The position numbers were made by a program, and so were the translations under genes. The notes under the pieces are model-generated. The model did no database searches. It was not told where the DNA came from and saw nothing but the letters and a program-made list of their open reading frames with translations. From positions 238 to 64,237 of the forward strand of contig CAZPCN010000001.1 in NCBI GenBank assembly GCA_964585095.1: a stretch of DNA of 64,000 nt. The letters are read 5' to 3'. The DNA is from an uncultured Syntrophaceae bacterium (GTDB taxonomy: Bacteria > Desulfobacterota > Syntrophia > Syntrophales > UBA2192). Positions 1 through 9,367 of this stretch are shown in pieces (positions within the stretch are counted from its first letter, which is position 1; each line of letters opens with the position of its first letter).

Positions 1-17
1 CGAAACAGGCAAGGAAA

Positions 18-53
18 AGCGCAGGACCGGACTCGGCCCTGCGCTTTCATTTT
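18..53 (+). terminator. Rho-independent terminator-like hairpin, probably ending a gene upstream of the window
   Basis: 8-bp stem AGCGCAGG (18-25) / CCTGCGCT (38-45) with a 12-nt loop, followed by TTTCATTTT. Confidence 0.45.
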
Positions 54-171
54 CACCCTTGTTACAACATTGTAATCCTTGCTTCCCGTTCCAATATCCA
101 TTACGATAACAGGCCATTAGAGTGTTCCAGTACCGAAAGAAACGTCCGTTTCCGATGAGAAGAGGGGGTCC

Positions 172-2826
172 TTGTTGATCTCGAGCCTGACCATAAAGGG
201 GGTCGTGGCAGTTTGCCTGGCTTACTTGCTGGTGATCGCCGGATCGTGCGGATCCAGTTTCGCCCAGTCCGATCTGTCCGGCAAGAACGTACTGCTTCTC
301 CATGCGTACAATTACGAGGCGGCCTCGTCGCTTGTGATGGATCCAATCTTTGTGAAGAGATTCACCGAGGCGGGTTTCGACGGCAGCAACCTCCACTTCG
401 AATACATGGACCTAAACAAGCACGCCGATCCGATATACCGCCTGGACTATACGCGATTCCTCGAGCGGAAGCATGAGAACCGCTCCTTCGATGTGATCAT
501 CGCATTGCATCGCACGGCCCTCATGTATCTGCTCGAGGAGGGAAAGGACCTTTTTCCGGAGGTGCCTGTGGTCAACGTGATCGCCGATCCGGATTTTCTG
601 CGCCCCGAGATCCGATCGGAATACGAGCGCCGGATGTCCCTGATGAACCGTACCTTCGTGATCATGCCTTTCTCGATGGGAACCGATCCGACCGTGCGCA
701 GCATTCTCGATCTCCGGCCCGACACGCGCAACCTCTTTGTCGTCAGCGGCAGCGAAAACCTGGACAGGCAGATGGCCGAAAGCACTCGGCGCGGCCTCGA
801 GACTTGGCAGCAAAAACTGCACATCGAGTACCTGATTGGCTTGCCGCTGGAGGAGGTCCTCGAACGGGTCTCGGCGCTCCCGCCCAAAACCGCTATCCTG
901 TATACCGTCTTCGGATCCGATCCGAACCGGACCTATCGGAATCCTGAAGTACTGCATAGAATCAGCCAGTCGGCCAACGCGCCCGTTTTCGGCCTCTACG
1001 ATACCCTCCTGGGGAATGGGATCGTGGGCGGCGTCATGACGAATCACGGTCACGAGGCATCCCGGGCAGTCGGGAAAGCCCTGGAGATCATCCGGGGCAG
1101 GCACCCGGCCGAAACCATCACCGTGGACCCTGCCGAACTGATTCCCACCTTCGACTGGGAGCAGCTCAATCGCTGGGACATGAGCGAGGGCAGGCTTCCT
1201 CCGGGAAGCGTCATCCTCAACCGTCCCAAAACGCTCTGGCATGACTACCGGGAGTATGTCATCGCCGCCGCCGTCCTGTTCATGGCTCAGATGCTTCTGA
1301 TCGGGGCCCTCATTCTCCAGACCCTGCGCAAGAGAAAAGCCGAGAGAAAGTATCGCGATATCTTCGAAGGCTCCCTAGAGGGGATCTTTGAATCATCCAG
1401 GGAGGGGCAGATATTGACGGCCAATCCTGCCTTCGCGAAGATCCTGGGTTATGACTCGGCTGAGGAGGCACGAGCCTCCATCACCGATTCAGCCAACCAG
1501 GTCTGGGTCGATTCGGAAGAACGTGCCGAGTATGTACAGCAGCTCGAAGAAAAGGATGTCGTTCTAGGTTATCAGTGCCGGTTCCGGCGCAGGGACGGGA
1601 CGAGCATCTGGGTGTCGCTCAACACCCGGAGCGTGAAAGGGCCGGACGGTAAGACGTTGCTCTACGCCGGCTTCCTGGAGGACATCACGGAAAGGAAAAA
1701 GGCCGAGGAAGCCCTGAAAGAATCGGAGGCGAAATACCGCAATCTTTACGACAGCATGATGGATGGCTATGTGCTGGTCGACATGGACGGTAGGATACTC
1801 CAGTACAATGAAACGTACCGGGCGATGACGGGCTACTTGCAGGACGAACTGCAGCGGTTGACCTACCGCGACATCACGCCGGAGAAGTGGCATGCAGCCG
1901 AGAAGGACATAATCGAACAGCAGGTTCTCGTTCGTGGGTACTCCGAGGTCTACGAAAAGGAATACCGGAGAAATGACGAATCCGTCTTCCCTATCGAGCT
2001 TCGCACCTTCCTTCTCAAAGAGGAACGGGGAAACAACATCGGCATGTGGGCGATTGTCCGCGACATCACGGGGCGCAAGCTGATCGAGTCGGAGACCCGC
2101 AAGCTCCGGGAGGACCTGGCCCACGTTACCCGGGTGTCCACACTGGGCGAACTGACAAGTTCCCTGGCTCATGAGATCAATCAGCCCCTGGCCGCCATCC
2201 TCAGCAACGCACAGGCAGCGCAGCGCTTTCTCTCGCAGGGCAATCCCGACATGAAGGAGATCGCCGAGATCCTGGGGGATATCATCCGGGACGACAACCG
2301 GGCCGCCGAGGTGATCCGGAAAATCCGGGCCTTGCTGAAAAAGGAGGAAACCCGTTTCGAGGCGCTGAGCCTGAACGACGTGGTCGAGGAAATCCTGAAC
2401 GTGATCCGCAACGATACGACCCTGACGGCTCTGAAGATCGAAAAGGCGTTCGATTCCTCGATGCCGGCCGTGTGGGGCGACCGGATCCAGCTCCAGCAGG
2501 TTATCCTGAATCTGGTGATGAATGCGGCGGAAGCCATGCGGGACGGGAGCCCCGATCGGCGTATCCTGACCGTCAAAACGTCCAGGAAGGACGAGAGGTT
2601 CGCGGAGGTGTCCATCGTGGATAAGGGGCCGGGCATCGATGAGGAGGCGTCGGGAAGACTCTTCGAGCCCTTCTACACCACGAAATCGGGAGGAATGGGC
2701 ATGGGGCTCGCAATCAGCAGGCACATCGTCGCTTCCCATCATGGGGACATCCGGGCCGCAAGCAACACGGACGGGGGGGCGACTGTTTCATTCACGATAC
2801 CCTTTGAAATCGGGGGCAACGCATGA
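172..2826 (+). CDS. Sensor histidine kinase with a large periplasmic solute-binding-like domain, PAS segments, HisKA and HATPase
   Basis: 884-aa ORF with TTG start. N-terminal hydrophobic segment, ~330-aa extracytoplasmic-type domain, second TM (VIAAAVLFMAQMLLIGALIL) and PAS-like segments. H-box HEINQPLAAILSNAQAA and G-box GGMGMGLAIS. Stop overlaps the next start (ATGA at 2823). Confidence 0.9.
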   Translation: MLISSLTIKGVVAVCLAYLLVIAGSCGSSFAQSDLSGKNVLLLHAYNYEAASSLVMDPIFVKRFTEAGFDGSNLHFEYMDLNKHADPIYRLDYTRFLERKHENRSFDVIIALHRTALMYLLEEGKDLFPEVPVVNVIADPDFLRPEIRSEYERRMSLMNRTFVIMPFSMGTDPTVRSILDLRPDTRNLFVVSGSENLDRQMAESTRRGLETWQQKLHIEYLIGLPLEEVLERVSALPPKTAILYTVFGSDPNRTYRNPEVLHRISQSANAPVFGLYDTLLGNGIVGGVMTNHGHEASRAVGKALEIIRGRHPAETITVDPAELIPTFDWEQLNRWDMSEGRLPPGSVILNRPKTLWHDYREYVIAAAVLFMAQMLLIGALILQTLRKRKAERKYRDIFEGSLEGIFESSREGQILTANPAFAKILGYDSAEEARASITDSANQVWVDSEERAEYVQQLEEKDVVLGYQCRFRRRDGTSIWVSLNTRSVKGPDGKTLLYAGFLEDITERKKAEEALKESEAKYRNLYDSMMDGYVLVDMDGRILQYNETYRAMTGYLQDELQRLTYRDITPEKWHAAEKDIIEQQVLVRGYSEVYEKEYRRNDESVFPIELRTFLLKEERGNNIGMWAIVRDITGRKLIESETRKLREDLAHVTRVSTLGELTSSLAHEINQPLAAILSNAQAAQRFLSQGNPDMKEIAEILGDIIRDDNRAAEVIRKIRALLKKEETRFEALSLNDVVEEILNVIRNDTTLTALKIEKAFDSSMPAVWGDRIQLQQVILNLVMNAAEAMRDGSPDRRILTVKTSRKDERFAEVSIVDKGPGIDEEASGRLFEPFYTTKSGGMGMGLAISRHIVASHHGDIRAASNTDGGATVSFTIPFEIGGNA

Positions 2827-3452
2827 AAGACGCAAAGCCGGTCGTGTTTATCGTCGACGACGATCCGTCCGTCCGGAAGTCGCTGGAGAGGCTTCTCCAG
2901 TCCGTTGGGCTTGCGGCAAGATCCTTCGACTCCGCCGCGCATTTCCTGCAGTCCGGTCACGGGCAGGAGACAGGGTGCCTGGTTCTCGACGTACGGATGC
3001 CTGAAATCAGCGGACTGGAACTTCAGGAGAAACTGACCAGGGCAGGCATCCTCCTGCCCGTCGTTTTCGTTTCAGGACATGGAACGGTCCCGATGAGCGT
3101 GCGCGCCATGAAGGCAGGCGCCACGGACTTCCTTCTGAAACCCTTCGACGAGCAGGACCTTCTGGATGCCGTCTACCGGGCCATCGAGCGCTGCAGGCAG
3201 GAGAGGGCACAGAGGGAGGAGACCAGGGGAATCGAGGAGAAGATCCGCGCCCTGACGCCGAAGGAGCACGAGGTGTTCCTCTGGGTCATCGCGGGCCTGC
3301 CGAACAAGAACATCGCAGACAAACTCGCCACCGCGGAAAAAACCGTCAAGGTCCACCGGGCATCCATCATGAAGAAAATGGGCGCCCAGTCCGTGGCCGA
3401 CCTGGTCCGGATGGCCGACAGTGCAGGCATACGTCCCGCACGGGCAACGTGA
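2823..3452 (+). CDS. FixJ/LuxR-family response regulator (REC + LuxR-type HTH)
   Basis: Receiver motifs VFIVDDDPSVR and LVLDVRMP. C-terminal HTH LTPKEHEVFLWVIAGLPNKNIADKLATAEKTVKVHRASIMKKM. Translationally coupled to the kinase. Confidence 0.92.
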   Translation: MKDAKPVVFIVDDDPSVRKSLERLLQSVGLAARSFDSAAHFLQSGHGQETGCLVLDVRMPEISGLELQEKLTRAGILLPVVFVSGHGTVPMSVRAMKAGATDFLLKPFDEQDLLDAVYRAIERCRQERAQREETRGIEEKIRALTPKEHEVFLWVIAGLPNKNIADKLATAEKTVKVHRASIMKKMGAQSVADLVRMADSAGIRPARAT

Positions 3453-3508
3453 GCACCGGGATAGGCCTTTCCCTTTTTAAATCAACTTGTTGTCCTCCCG
3501 CCCTTATG

Positions 3509-3543
3509 GGACCAAGGTCCAGTACAAGTAGGACCAAGGTCCA
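3509..3543. promoter_or_regulatory. Two exact copies of GGACCAAGGTCCA at 22-bp period; candidate response-regulator operator upstream of the porin-like gene
   Basis: Copies at 3509-3521 and 3531-3543. Each holds inverted half-sites GGACC/GGTCC. They lie 65-100 nt upstream of the start at 3608. Confidence 0.4.
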
Positions 3544-3607
3544 ATTTCCCTCAGGAATGAAAAGATGTAGTAAATATCGGTAAGCTCACAAAGGGAGGAC
3601 GAGGAAT

Positions 3608-4966
3608 ATGAAAATGTTTATAATCGGTTTCCTTGCTGTCGGCCTGATTGCGAGCTCTGCCGCAACGACCGCCGCTCAGCCGAACATCAAGGCGAGCGGG
3701 CAGCTTTATATGTATGGCGCCTACGTCGACAACATCGGCTTGAAGAAAGATGGCGATTCCCGCGCCAGCATCGCGAACCGCCTGAGAATGCAATTCGAGA
3801 TCCAGGTGCAGGAAGGCCTCAAGCTCACGACCCGATTCGATGCGTTGGAAAGGGATTGGGGTGAAAATCCTGCCGCCCCTGCCCCCAGCCCCGCGGGCAG
3901 CACGGCGAACTCTGCTGCGATCAACACGGAGCGCAACATTTCCTGGGAGCGCGCCTTCGTGACCTTCAACGCTTTGTATGGCGTGTTCGATGTGGGGTAC
4001 CAGCAGTCACGCGCGTGGGGCACCTGTGCGTTCTGCGATGACTTCGATTCCGACGCCGGTATCCACTACCGCTACATGACGGGCCCTTGGACAATCGGCT
4101 TGGAGTACGAGAAGCGTGCTGATTCCGGAGCGTCCGGGGAAGGTTCCCGCCAGGGCGGCTACACGGTCGGCGGCACGGACAACGATCACGACGTGTATCA
4201 CATCTATGCGATCTACCGCTGGGCAACGGGCCAGGCGGGGTTGCGCTACGAGTTCGACCGCAACGCCACCGACGGTGCCTTGACCTCGCCAGAGTACATG
4301 ACAGCGTTCCATGAACTTGCTCCCTATGTGCAGTGGAGGACGGGGCCATTTGATTTCGAAGGCGAACTCCGTTACATCTGGGGCAAGACAGACTACGACG
4401 GTTCCGTAACGGACATTGACCGAAAGGGCTACAGCCTCTACATGATGGGCAAATACACGATGGGCGCCTGGTACGGCGGTCTCGAGTTCGCCTGGATTAC
4501 CGGTGACGACCCAAATACAACCGACAAGAACGAGTCGGGTGTGCCCGGCGGACAGAGCTGGGACCCGATGCTCATGTACGGAAATTACTGGTTCAACAAG
4601 CACCACGGTAATCTGGGAACGTCGAGGGACAATACGGGCACCCTTACCGGCTCGACCATCTTTGCTTCGGGCGGCAGCGAGTTGAACGTGATCATGTTCA
4701 AGCCCTTCGTCGGATGGAAGGTCAATCCGCAGCTCGAGATCGTGACCCAGTACGCGTGGCTGAAGGCCGACGAGACACAAAACGGCTGGGATGACGAGTA
4801 CGGAAAGGAATTCGACATTTACGCGACCTACAAGCTGTATAACAACCTGAGCTATATGGTGGGCTTCGGCTACTTCTGGACCGGCGATTACTTCAAGCAG
4901 GGTCCCGCAAATGTCGCCATCGATGACAATTACCTCGTCATGAACTCGTTGAATTTCGCGTTCTAG
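3608..4966 (+). CDS. Outer-membrane beta-barrel porin-like protein
   Basis: Signal peptide MKMFIIGFLAVGLIASSAATTAAQ, aromatic/Gly-rich alternating pattern, C-terminal ...LNFAF (terminal Phe). RBS AAGGGAGGA upstream. Confidence 0.75.
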   Translation: MKMFIIGFLAVGLIASSAATTAAQPNIKASGQLYMYGAYVDNIGLKKDGDSRASIANRLRMQFEIQVQEGLKLTTRFDALERDWGENPAAPAPSPAGSTANSAAINTERNISWERAFVTFNALYGVFDVGYQQSRAWGTCAFCDDFDSDAGIHYRYMTGPWTIGLEYEKRADSGASGEGSRQGGYTVGGTDNDHDVYHIYAIYRWATGQAGLRYEFDRNATDGALTSPEYMTAFHELAPYVQWRTGPFDFEGELRYIWGKTDYDGSVTDIDRKGYSLYMMGKYTMGAWYGGLEFAWITGDDPNTTDKNESGVPGGQSWDPMLMYGNYWFNKHHGNLGTSRDNTGTLTGSTIFASGGSELNVIMFKPFVGWKVNPQLEIVTQYAWLKADETQNGWDDEYGKEFDIYATYKLYNNLSYMVGFGYFWTGDYFKQGPANVAIDDNYLVMNSLNFAF

Positions 4967-5233
4967 ACGCAGGGGACAGGCAGTCCATTGCAGCCCCGCC
5001 ACCTCGGGTAAAACGGCAACAGGGTGACGGGGTGTACAACGCTTCGTGATTTCGGACTCCGGCGCCATTTCGAAGCTGCATGGTGCCGAGGCGCGCTTTT
5101 ATCCCGCGGTTCCGAAGAACGCTTCACGGCAACGCGTGCAATCCAAGTAACGACTCAGGGAATATCCCCGCGGGCTGGTCAACCCGAATTGCCTCGTTCG
5201 GAGACAGATGAGGGAAAAAGGACGAAGGACAAG

Positions 5234-5644
5234 GTGATCCAGGAACAGGAGATCATTTACCTGGTTGAGGATGACGCGTCCCTGCGCAACGCCGTGCGCA
5301 GGCTGCTGCGATCCGCTCAGTACCGCGTTCTCACCTTTGAGTCGGCCGAGGAGTTCTACCGATCGGATTTCAAAGCCAACCCTGGATGCCTTCTTCTGGA
5401 TATCCGCCTGCCAGGGATCAGCGGGTTCGAGCTCAAGGCACGTCTCCTCGACGAAGGCATTCGCATGCCCGTGATATTCATTACAGGCCAGGATCGCGCC
5501 GGGATGGAGGAGTACGCAAGGCAACTGGGCGCCTCCGGCTATCTGCGCAAGCCCGTTGACGAGGAGACCCTGCTGGCTGCAATCCGGCAGGCGATGAAAC
5601 CAGTATCGCAGGACAGCGGGCTCGACTCTTCGGGAAACGCCTGA
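5234..5644 (+). CDS. Stand-alone response-regulator receiver (CheY-like)
   Basis: REC motifs IYLVEDDASLR, LLLDIRLPGISG and YLRKP. I chose the GTG at 5234 because the ATG-5024 extension is Arg/Gly-rich and non-homologous. The exact start is uncertain. Confidence 0.75.
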   Translation: MIQEQEIIYLVEDDASLRNAVRRLLRSAQYRVLTFESAEEFYRSDFKANPGCLLLDIRLPGISGFELKARLLDEGIRMPVIFITGQDRAGMEEYARQLGASGYLRKPVDEETLLAAIRQAMKPVSQDSGLDSSGNA

Positions 5645-5744
5645 AAGATCCGGTCGGGCCTTTGCGGGATTCGATTGAACATACGATGATCCATAAACCC
5701 GACCTTACAAAGAAACCCATTCAACGAAAGGAAAGGACAGGAAT

Positions 5745-6326
5745 ATGAAAAAGGTGTTTGTACTGGCAGCGGCATTTGTGCTGGTGTTCTCCCTGGCAGT
5801 GGCGGGGGCGCAGGAGAAGAAGTCGGAAGGCGCGGCGGAGCGGCCCAAGGTCGTCAAGGAACGGACGATCACGATGACGGCCGCAGTCGAGGCCATTGAT
5901 CTGGACAAGAGGCTCGTCACCCTGAAGGGACCCACGGGGGAAAAGAAAACCATCGCCGTAGGCCCCGAGGCCAGGAACCTGCCCCAGGTGAAGGTCGGGG
6001 ACCTCGTAACGGTGACCTACTACGAATCCATGGCCGTCGAGGTTGTCAAACCCGGATCCGGCACGGGCGCGGGTCAGGCATCGACCATCGTCAGGGCAAA
6101 GCCCGGCGAGATGCCCGGCGGCGCGGCGATGCGAACAGCGACGGTGATGGCCACCGTGACGGCCATCGACAAGAAGGAAAACACCCTGACCCTGAGGGGA
6201 CCGCAGGGAAACACAGTGATCGCCCCGGTGGAGGATCCCAAGAATCTGGACAAGGTGAAGGTCGGCGATGAGCTGATGATCACCGTCACCGAGGCGCTGG
6301 CGATTTCCGTCGAGCGCGCCAAATAA
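5745..6326 (+). CDS. Exported hypothetical protein with an internal tandem duplication
   Basis: Signal peptide MKKVFVLAAAFVLVFSLAVAGAQ. Two ~55-aa repeats: ..VTLKGPTGEKKTIAVGPEARNLPQVKVGDLVTVTY.. and ..LTLRGPQGNTVIAPVEDPKNLDKVKVGDELMITVT... Confidence 0.7.
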   Translation: MKKVFVLAAAFVLVFSLAVAGAQEKKSEGAAERPKVVKERTITMTAAVEAIDLDKRLVTLKGPTGEKKTIAVGPEARNLPQVKVGDLVTVTYYESMAVEVVKPGSGTGAGQASTIVRAKPGEMPGGAAMRTATVMATVTAIDKKENTLTLRGPQGNTVIAPVEDPKNLDKVKVGDELMITVTEALAISVERAK

Positions 6327-6375
6327 CTATAGATTATCATCCATATTGTTCGTCATCGTGAAGGGGGATTCAGCC

Positions 6376-8673
6376 ATGGAAGGTCAGCAGGAGAATGCAA
6401 CGGTATTTTTCGACTTGATGGGCAAGATCGGTCGGCTCTACACAGAGCGCGCCGTCCAGGCCCAGAAGGTGTTCATGGAGCACATGCAGAAGACGGCCGT
6501 CGACCCGAAGCTTGCCGTCGGGGTCCCGCCGGAGAATCCCTGGCTGTCCTGGACCTCCTACGTGACCGACGCCGCGCAGCGCTCGGTGCTGTTCATGGAC
6601 ATCCTGAGGGATAGAGGCAACATCTACATCGAGCACGTCAAGGAGGGCAGCCCCCCTTTGCTTGCCTTCAAGTGGGACATCGTCCTGGACGGCCGGACAT
6701 TCGACCGCCCCGTCAACTACGCCCTGGTCCGGATCATTCCGCCTGACGGCATGAAGACGGATGACAGGAAACGGCCCTTCATCATCGTCGATCCCCGCGC
6801 GGGTCATGGGCCCGGAATCGGCGGGTTCAAGAAGGACTCGGAGGTGGGCGTGGCCCTCGAGTTCGGGCATCCCGTATACTTCGTAATCTTCTTCCCCGAG
6901 CCCGAGCCGGGGCAGACGATCCTGGACGTCAGCGCCGCCGAGACGAAGTTTCTGGAAGCCGTCGTACGCAGGCACCCCCGGAGTCCCAAGCCGACGATCT
7001 ACGGCAACTGCCAGGGCGGCTGGGCCTCGATGCTGATCGCGGCCAACGACCCGGACAAGGTGGGCTCCATCGTGATCAACGGCGCGCCCATGTCCTACTG
7101 GAGCGGCAGCTGGAGCGAGGGAGAAGGGGAGAACCCCATGCGGTACAGCGGGGGGTTGCTCGGCGGATCCTGGATGTCCCTGCTGGCCAGCGACATGGGC
7201 AACGGCAAGTTCGACGGCGCGTACCTGGTGCAGAACTTCGAGAACCTCAATCCCGCAAACACGTACTGGAACAAGTACTACAACGTTTGGAAAAACGTAG
7301 ACACGGAGAAGGAGCGGTTCCTGGAGTTCGAGAAGTGGTGGGGCGGCTACTTCCTGATGAATGAGGAGGAGATCCACTGGATCGTGGACAACCTTTTCGT
7401 CGGCAACAAGCTGGCGCGCGGGGACGTGAAAGCGGCCCCCGGCACCTATGTGAACCTCAAGGCGATCCGGTCGCCCATCGTGATCTTCTCCTCGAAGGGC
7501 GACAATATCACGCCGCCCCAGCAGGCGATCAACTGGGTGGCCGACGTCTACTCGAGCACGGCCGAGATCAAGGCCAACGGGCAGGTCATCGTGGGGCTCG
7601 TCCACGAGGACGTGGGTCACCTGGGCATCTTCGTTTCGGGCAAGGTGGCCCAGAAGGAGCACACGGAGATCGTCGAAGCACTCGATTACATCGAGATGCT
7701 CAGGCCGGGTCTCTACGTCATGGAGCTCCAGGAGACCTCCGGCAAGGGCAAGGACAAGTACCTCTCCACCTTCCGGGAGGTGAAGCTGGAAGAGATGCGC
7801 AACCTCAACAGGATGCAGCGCAAGGACGAGAAGCCCTTCGAGGTCGTGGCCGAGGTATCGGTGATGAACGAGAAAGCTTACGCCCTTTTCGGAAGGCCTC
7901 TCGTGAAGAGCATGGTGAACGAGACAACGGCTCAGATGGGCCGTACGTTCCACCCGAACCGGTCACAGCGCTGGGCCTTCAGCGACTTCAACCCCGTGAT
8001 GTGGCCCGTTGCGGCCATGGCGCAGACCGTGAAAGCCAACCGCAAGCCGGTGGAGCCGGGAAACCCCTGGCGCAAACTCGAGGCCATTGGCTCCGAGATG
8101 ATCACGGCATCGTGGAACCTTTACCGGGACCTGCGGGATGCGGCGAGCGAGTCGCTCTTCTTCCAGATCTACGGCTCGATGATCGTGCTGGGTGCCACGG
8201 GGGACGTCAAACCCGGACAGCCGGTCGTGAAGCAGCCCGACGTCAGGGAACTTCCCTTTGTCAGAGAGGCCATAGCCCAGATCGACAAGGGGGGCTACCT
8301 CGAGGCGCTCGCACGGATCGGCGCACTCCTGGGCCAGTTTGCGGGGCCCATCCCGCTTAACCGCCTGGCCTTGACGGACGAGTACATCAAGTCTGACAAG
8401 GTGCTTTCAACGATACCCGAGGACGAGGCGCGGCGCATTCGCTCCGAGGCCGCTGTCATGGTGCTCCTGGAGCCGGAGCGCACCCTGAATGCTCTTCCCG
8501 GCCTGCTCTCCAGCGAGGAAGACCGCCGGAGAGTTCTGAAGATTCTCGAGTGGGCCATGTTGCTGGAGGGCATCACGAAGGAGCAGCGGGACATGGGCCA
8601 TAGAATCATGGAACTTCTCAAAGGGGGCGTTGCACCGGCCGTCAAGGGCAAGACGACCCGGAAGACAAAATAG
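6376..8673 (+). CDS. DUF3141-type alpha/beta-hydrolase-like protein (PHA-synthase-related family)
   Basis: ~765 aa. ATG at 6376 is preceded by GAAGGGGGA. Segments YALVRIIPPDG..RPFIIVDPRAGHGPGIGGFK and GNCQGGWA (nucleophile-elbow-like) recall the DUF3141 family. Family assignment is from memory. Confidence 0.7.
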   Translation: MEGQQENATVFFDLMGKIGRLYTERAVQAQKVFMEHMQKTAVDPKLAVGVPPENPWLSWTSYVTDAAQRSVLFMDILRDRGNIYIEHVKEGSPPLLAFKWDIVLDGRTFDRPVNYALVRIIPPDGMKTDDRKRPFIIVDPRAGHGPGIGGFKKDSEVGVALEFGHPVYFVIFFPEPEPGQTILDVSAAETKFLEAVVRRHPRSPKPTIYGNCQGGWASMLIAANDPDKVGSIVINGAPMSYWSGSWSEGEGENPMRYSGGLLGGSWMSLLASDMGNGKFDGAYLVQNFENLNPANTYWNKYYNVWKNVDTEKERFLEFEKWWGGYFLMNEEEIHWIVDNLFVGNKLARGDVKAAPGTYVNLKAIRSPIVIFSSKGDNITPPQQAINWVADVYSSTAEIKANGQVIVGLVHEDVGHLGIFVSGKVAQKEHTEIVEALDYIEMLRPGLYVMELQETSGKGKDKYLSTFREVKLEEMRNLNRMQRKDEKPFEVVAEVSVMNEKAYALFGRPLVKSMVNETTAQMGRTFHPNRSQRWAFSDFNPVMWPVAAMAQTVKANRKPVEPGNPWRKLEAIGSEMITASWNLYRDLRDAASESLFFQIYGSMIVLGATGDVKPGQPVVKQPDVRELPFVREAIAQIDKGGYLEALARIGALLGQFAGPIPLNRLALTDEYIKSDKVLSTIPEDEARRIRSEAAVMVLLEPERTLNALPGLLSSEEDRRRVLKILEWAMLLEGITKEQRDMGHRIMELLKGGVAPAVKGKTTRKTK

Positions 8674-8712
8674 ACGTAGCCGACACGAATCCAAATCACG
8701 GGAGGAGAACGT

Positions 8713-9297
8713 GTGATGAGAAAGCATTCTTTCGGACAGGTGACGATGCCGGCGGGAATTGCCGTTCTTGTGCTGCTGCTCATTTCATTGCCTGCCTGGG
8801 GAGCGACGAAATCGGAAAAGCAGAAGGAAGTGCAGAAAGTGTCGCGCGAAACCCTGGCGCAACTTTACAAGGCACAGCCTTCCGCAAAGAAGGCAATTGC
8901 GAACGCGGCGGGCTACGCCACGTTCAGCAATTTCGGCATGAAGATCTTCTTGGCCGGAACCGGAACCGGGAGCGGCATGGCTGTCGACAGCAAGACGAAA
9001 AAAGTCACGTACATGAAGATGGTCGAGGTCCAGGCCGGCCTGGGAATCGGTGTCAAGAAGTTCAGGGTCATCTTCGTCTTCGACACGCAGAAGGCGCTGA
9101 ACGACTTCATCCATTCGGGCTGGGAGTTCGGCGGGCAGACCACGGCTGCGGCCAAGACGGGCGACCAGGGGGCCGCGCTGGCCGGTGCGGTCTCCGTCGC
9201 GCCCGGTGTCTGGATGTACCAGCTGACCGACACGGGCCTTGCCGCGGAGATCACGGGAAAGGGCACGAAGTATTACAAGGACAGCGACCTGAATTGA
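8713..9297 (+). CDS. Exported SYLF/DUF500-like (Ysc84-type lipid-binding) protein, putative
   Basis: Signal peptide ..IAVLVLLLISLPAWGA and Gly-rich beta pattern (FLAGTGTGSGMAV, QAGLGIGVKKF, GWEFGGQTTAAA). GTG 8713 or ATG 8716 start after GGAGG. Confidence 0.6.
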   Translation: MMRKHSFGQVTMPAGIAVLVLLLISLPAWGATKSEKQKEVQKVSRETLAQLYKAQPSAKKAIANAAGYATFSNFGMKIFLAGTGTGSGMAVDSKTKKVTYMKMVEVQAGLGIGVKKFRVIFVFDTQKALNDFIHSGWEFGGQTTAAAKTGDQGAALAGAVSVAPGVWMYQLTDTGLAAEITGKGTKYYKDSDLN

Positions 9298-9367
9298 CAT
9301 GTGGGGGTCGAACCGGACTGAGCAATCCGGTTCAACCTGCCTTGTGGAGTTTGCAGGGGGTGAAGTG

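Noticed and set aside
62-75. TTACAA-CA-TTGTAA inverted repeat upstream of the first kinase gene.
   Set aside because: It is a short 6-bp-arm palindrome in an AT-richer promoter region. It cannot be distinguished from chance, so it is not reported as a feature.
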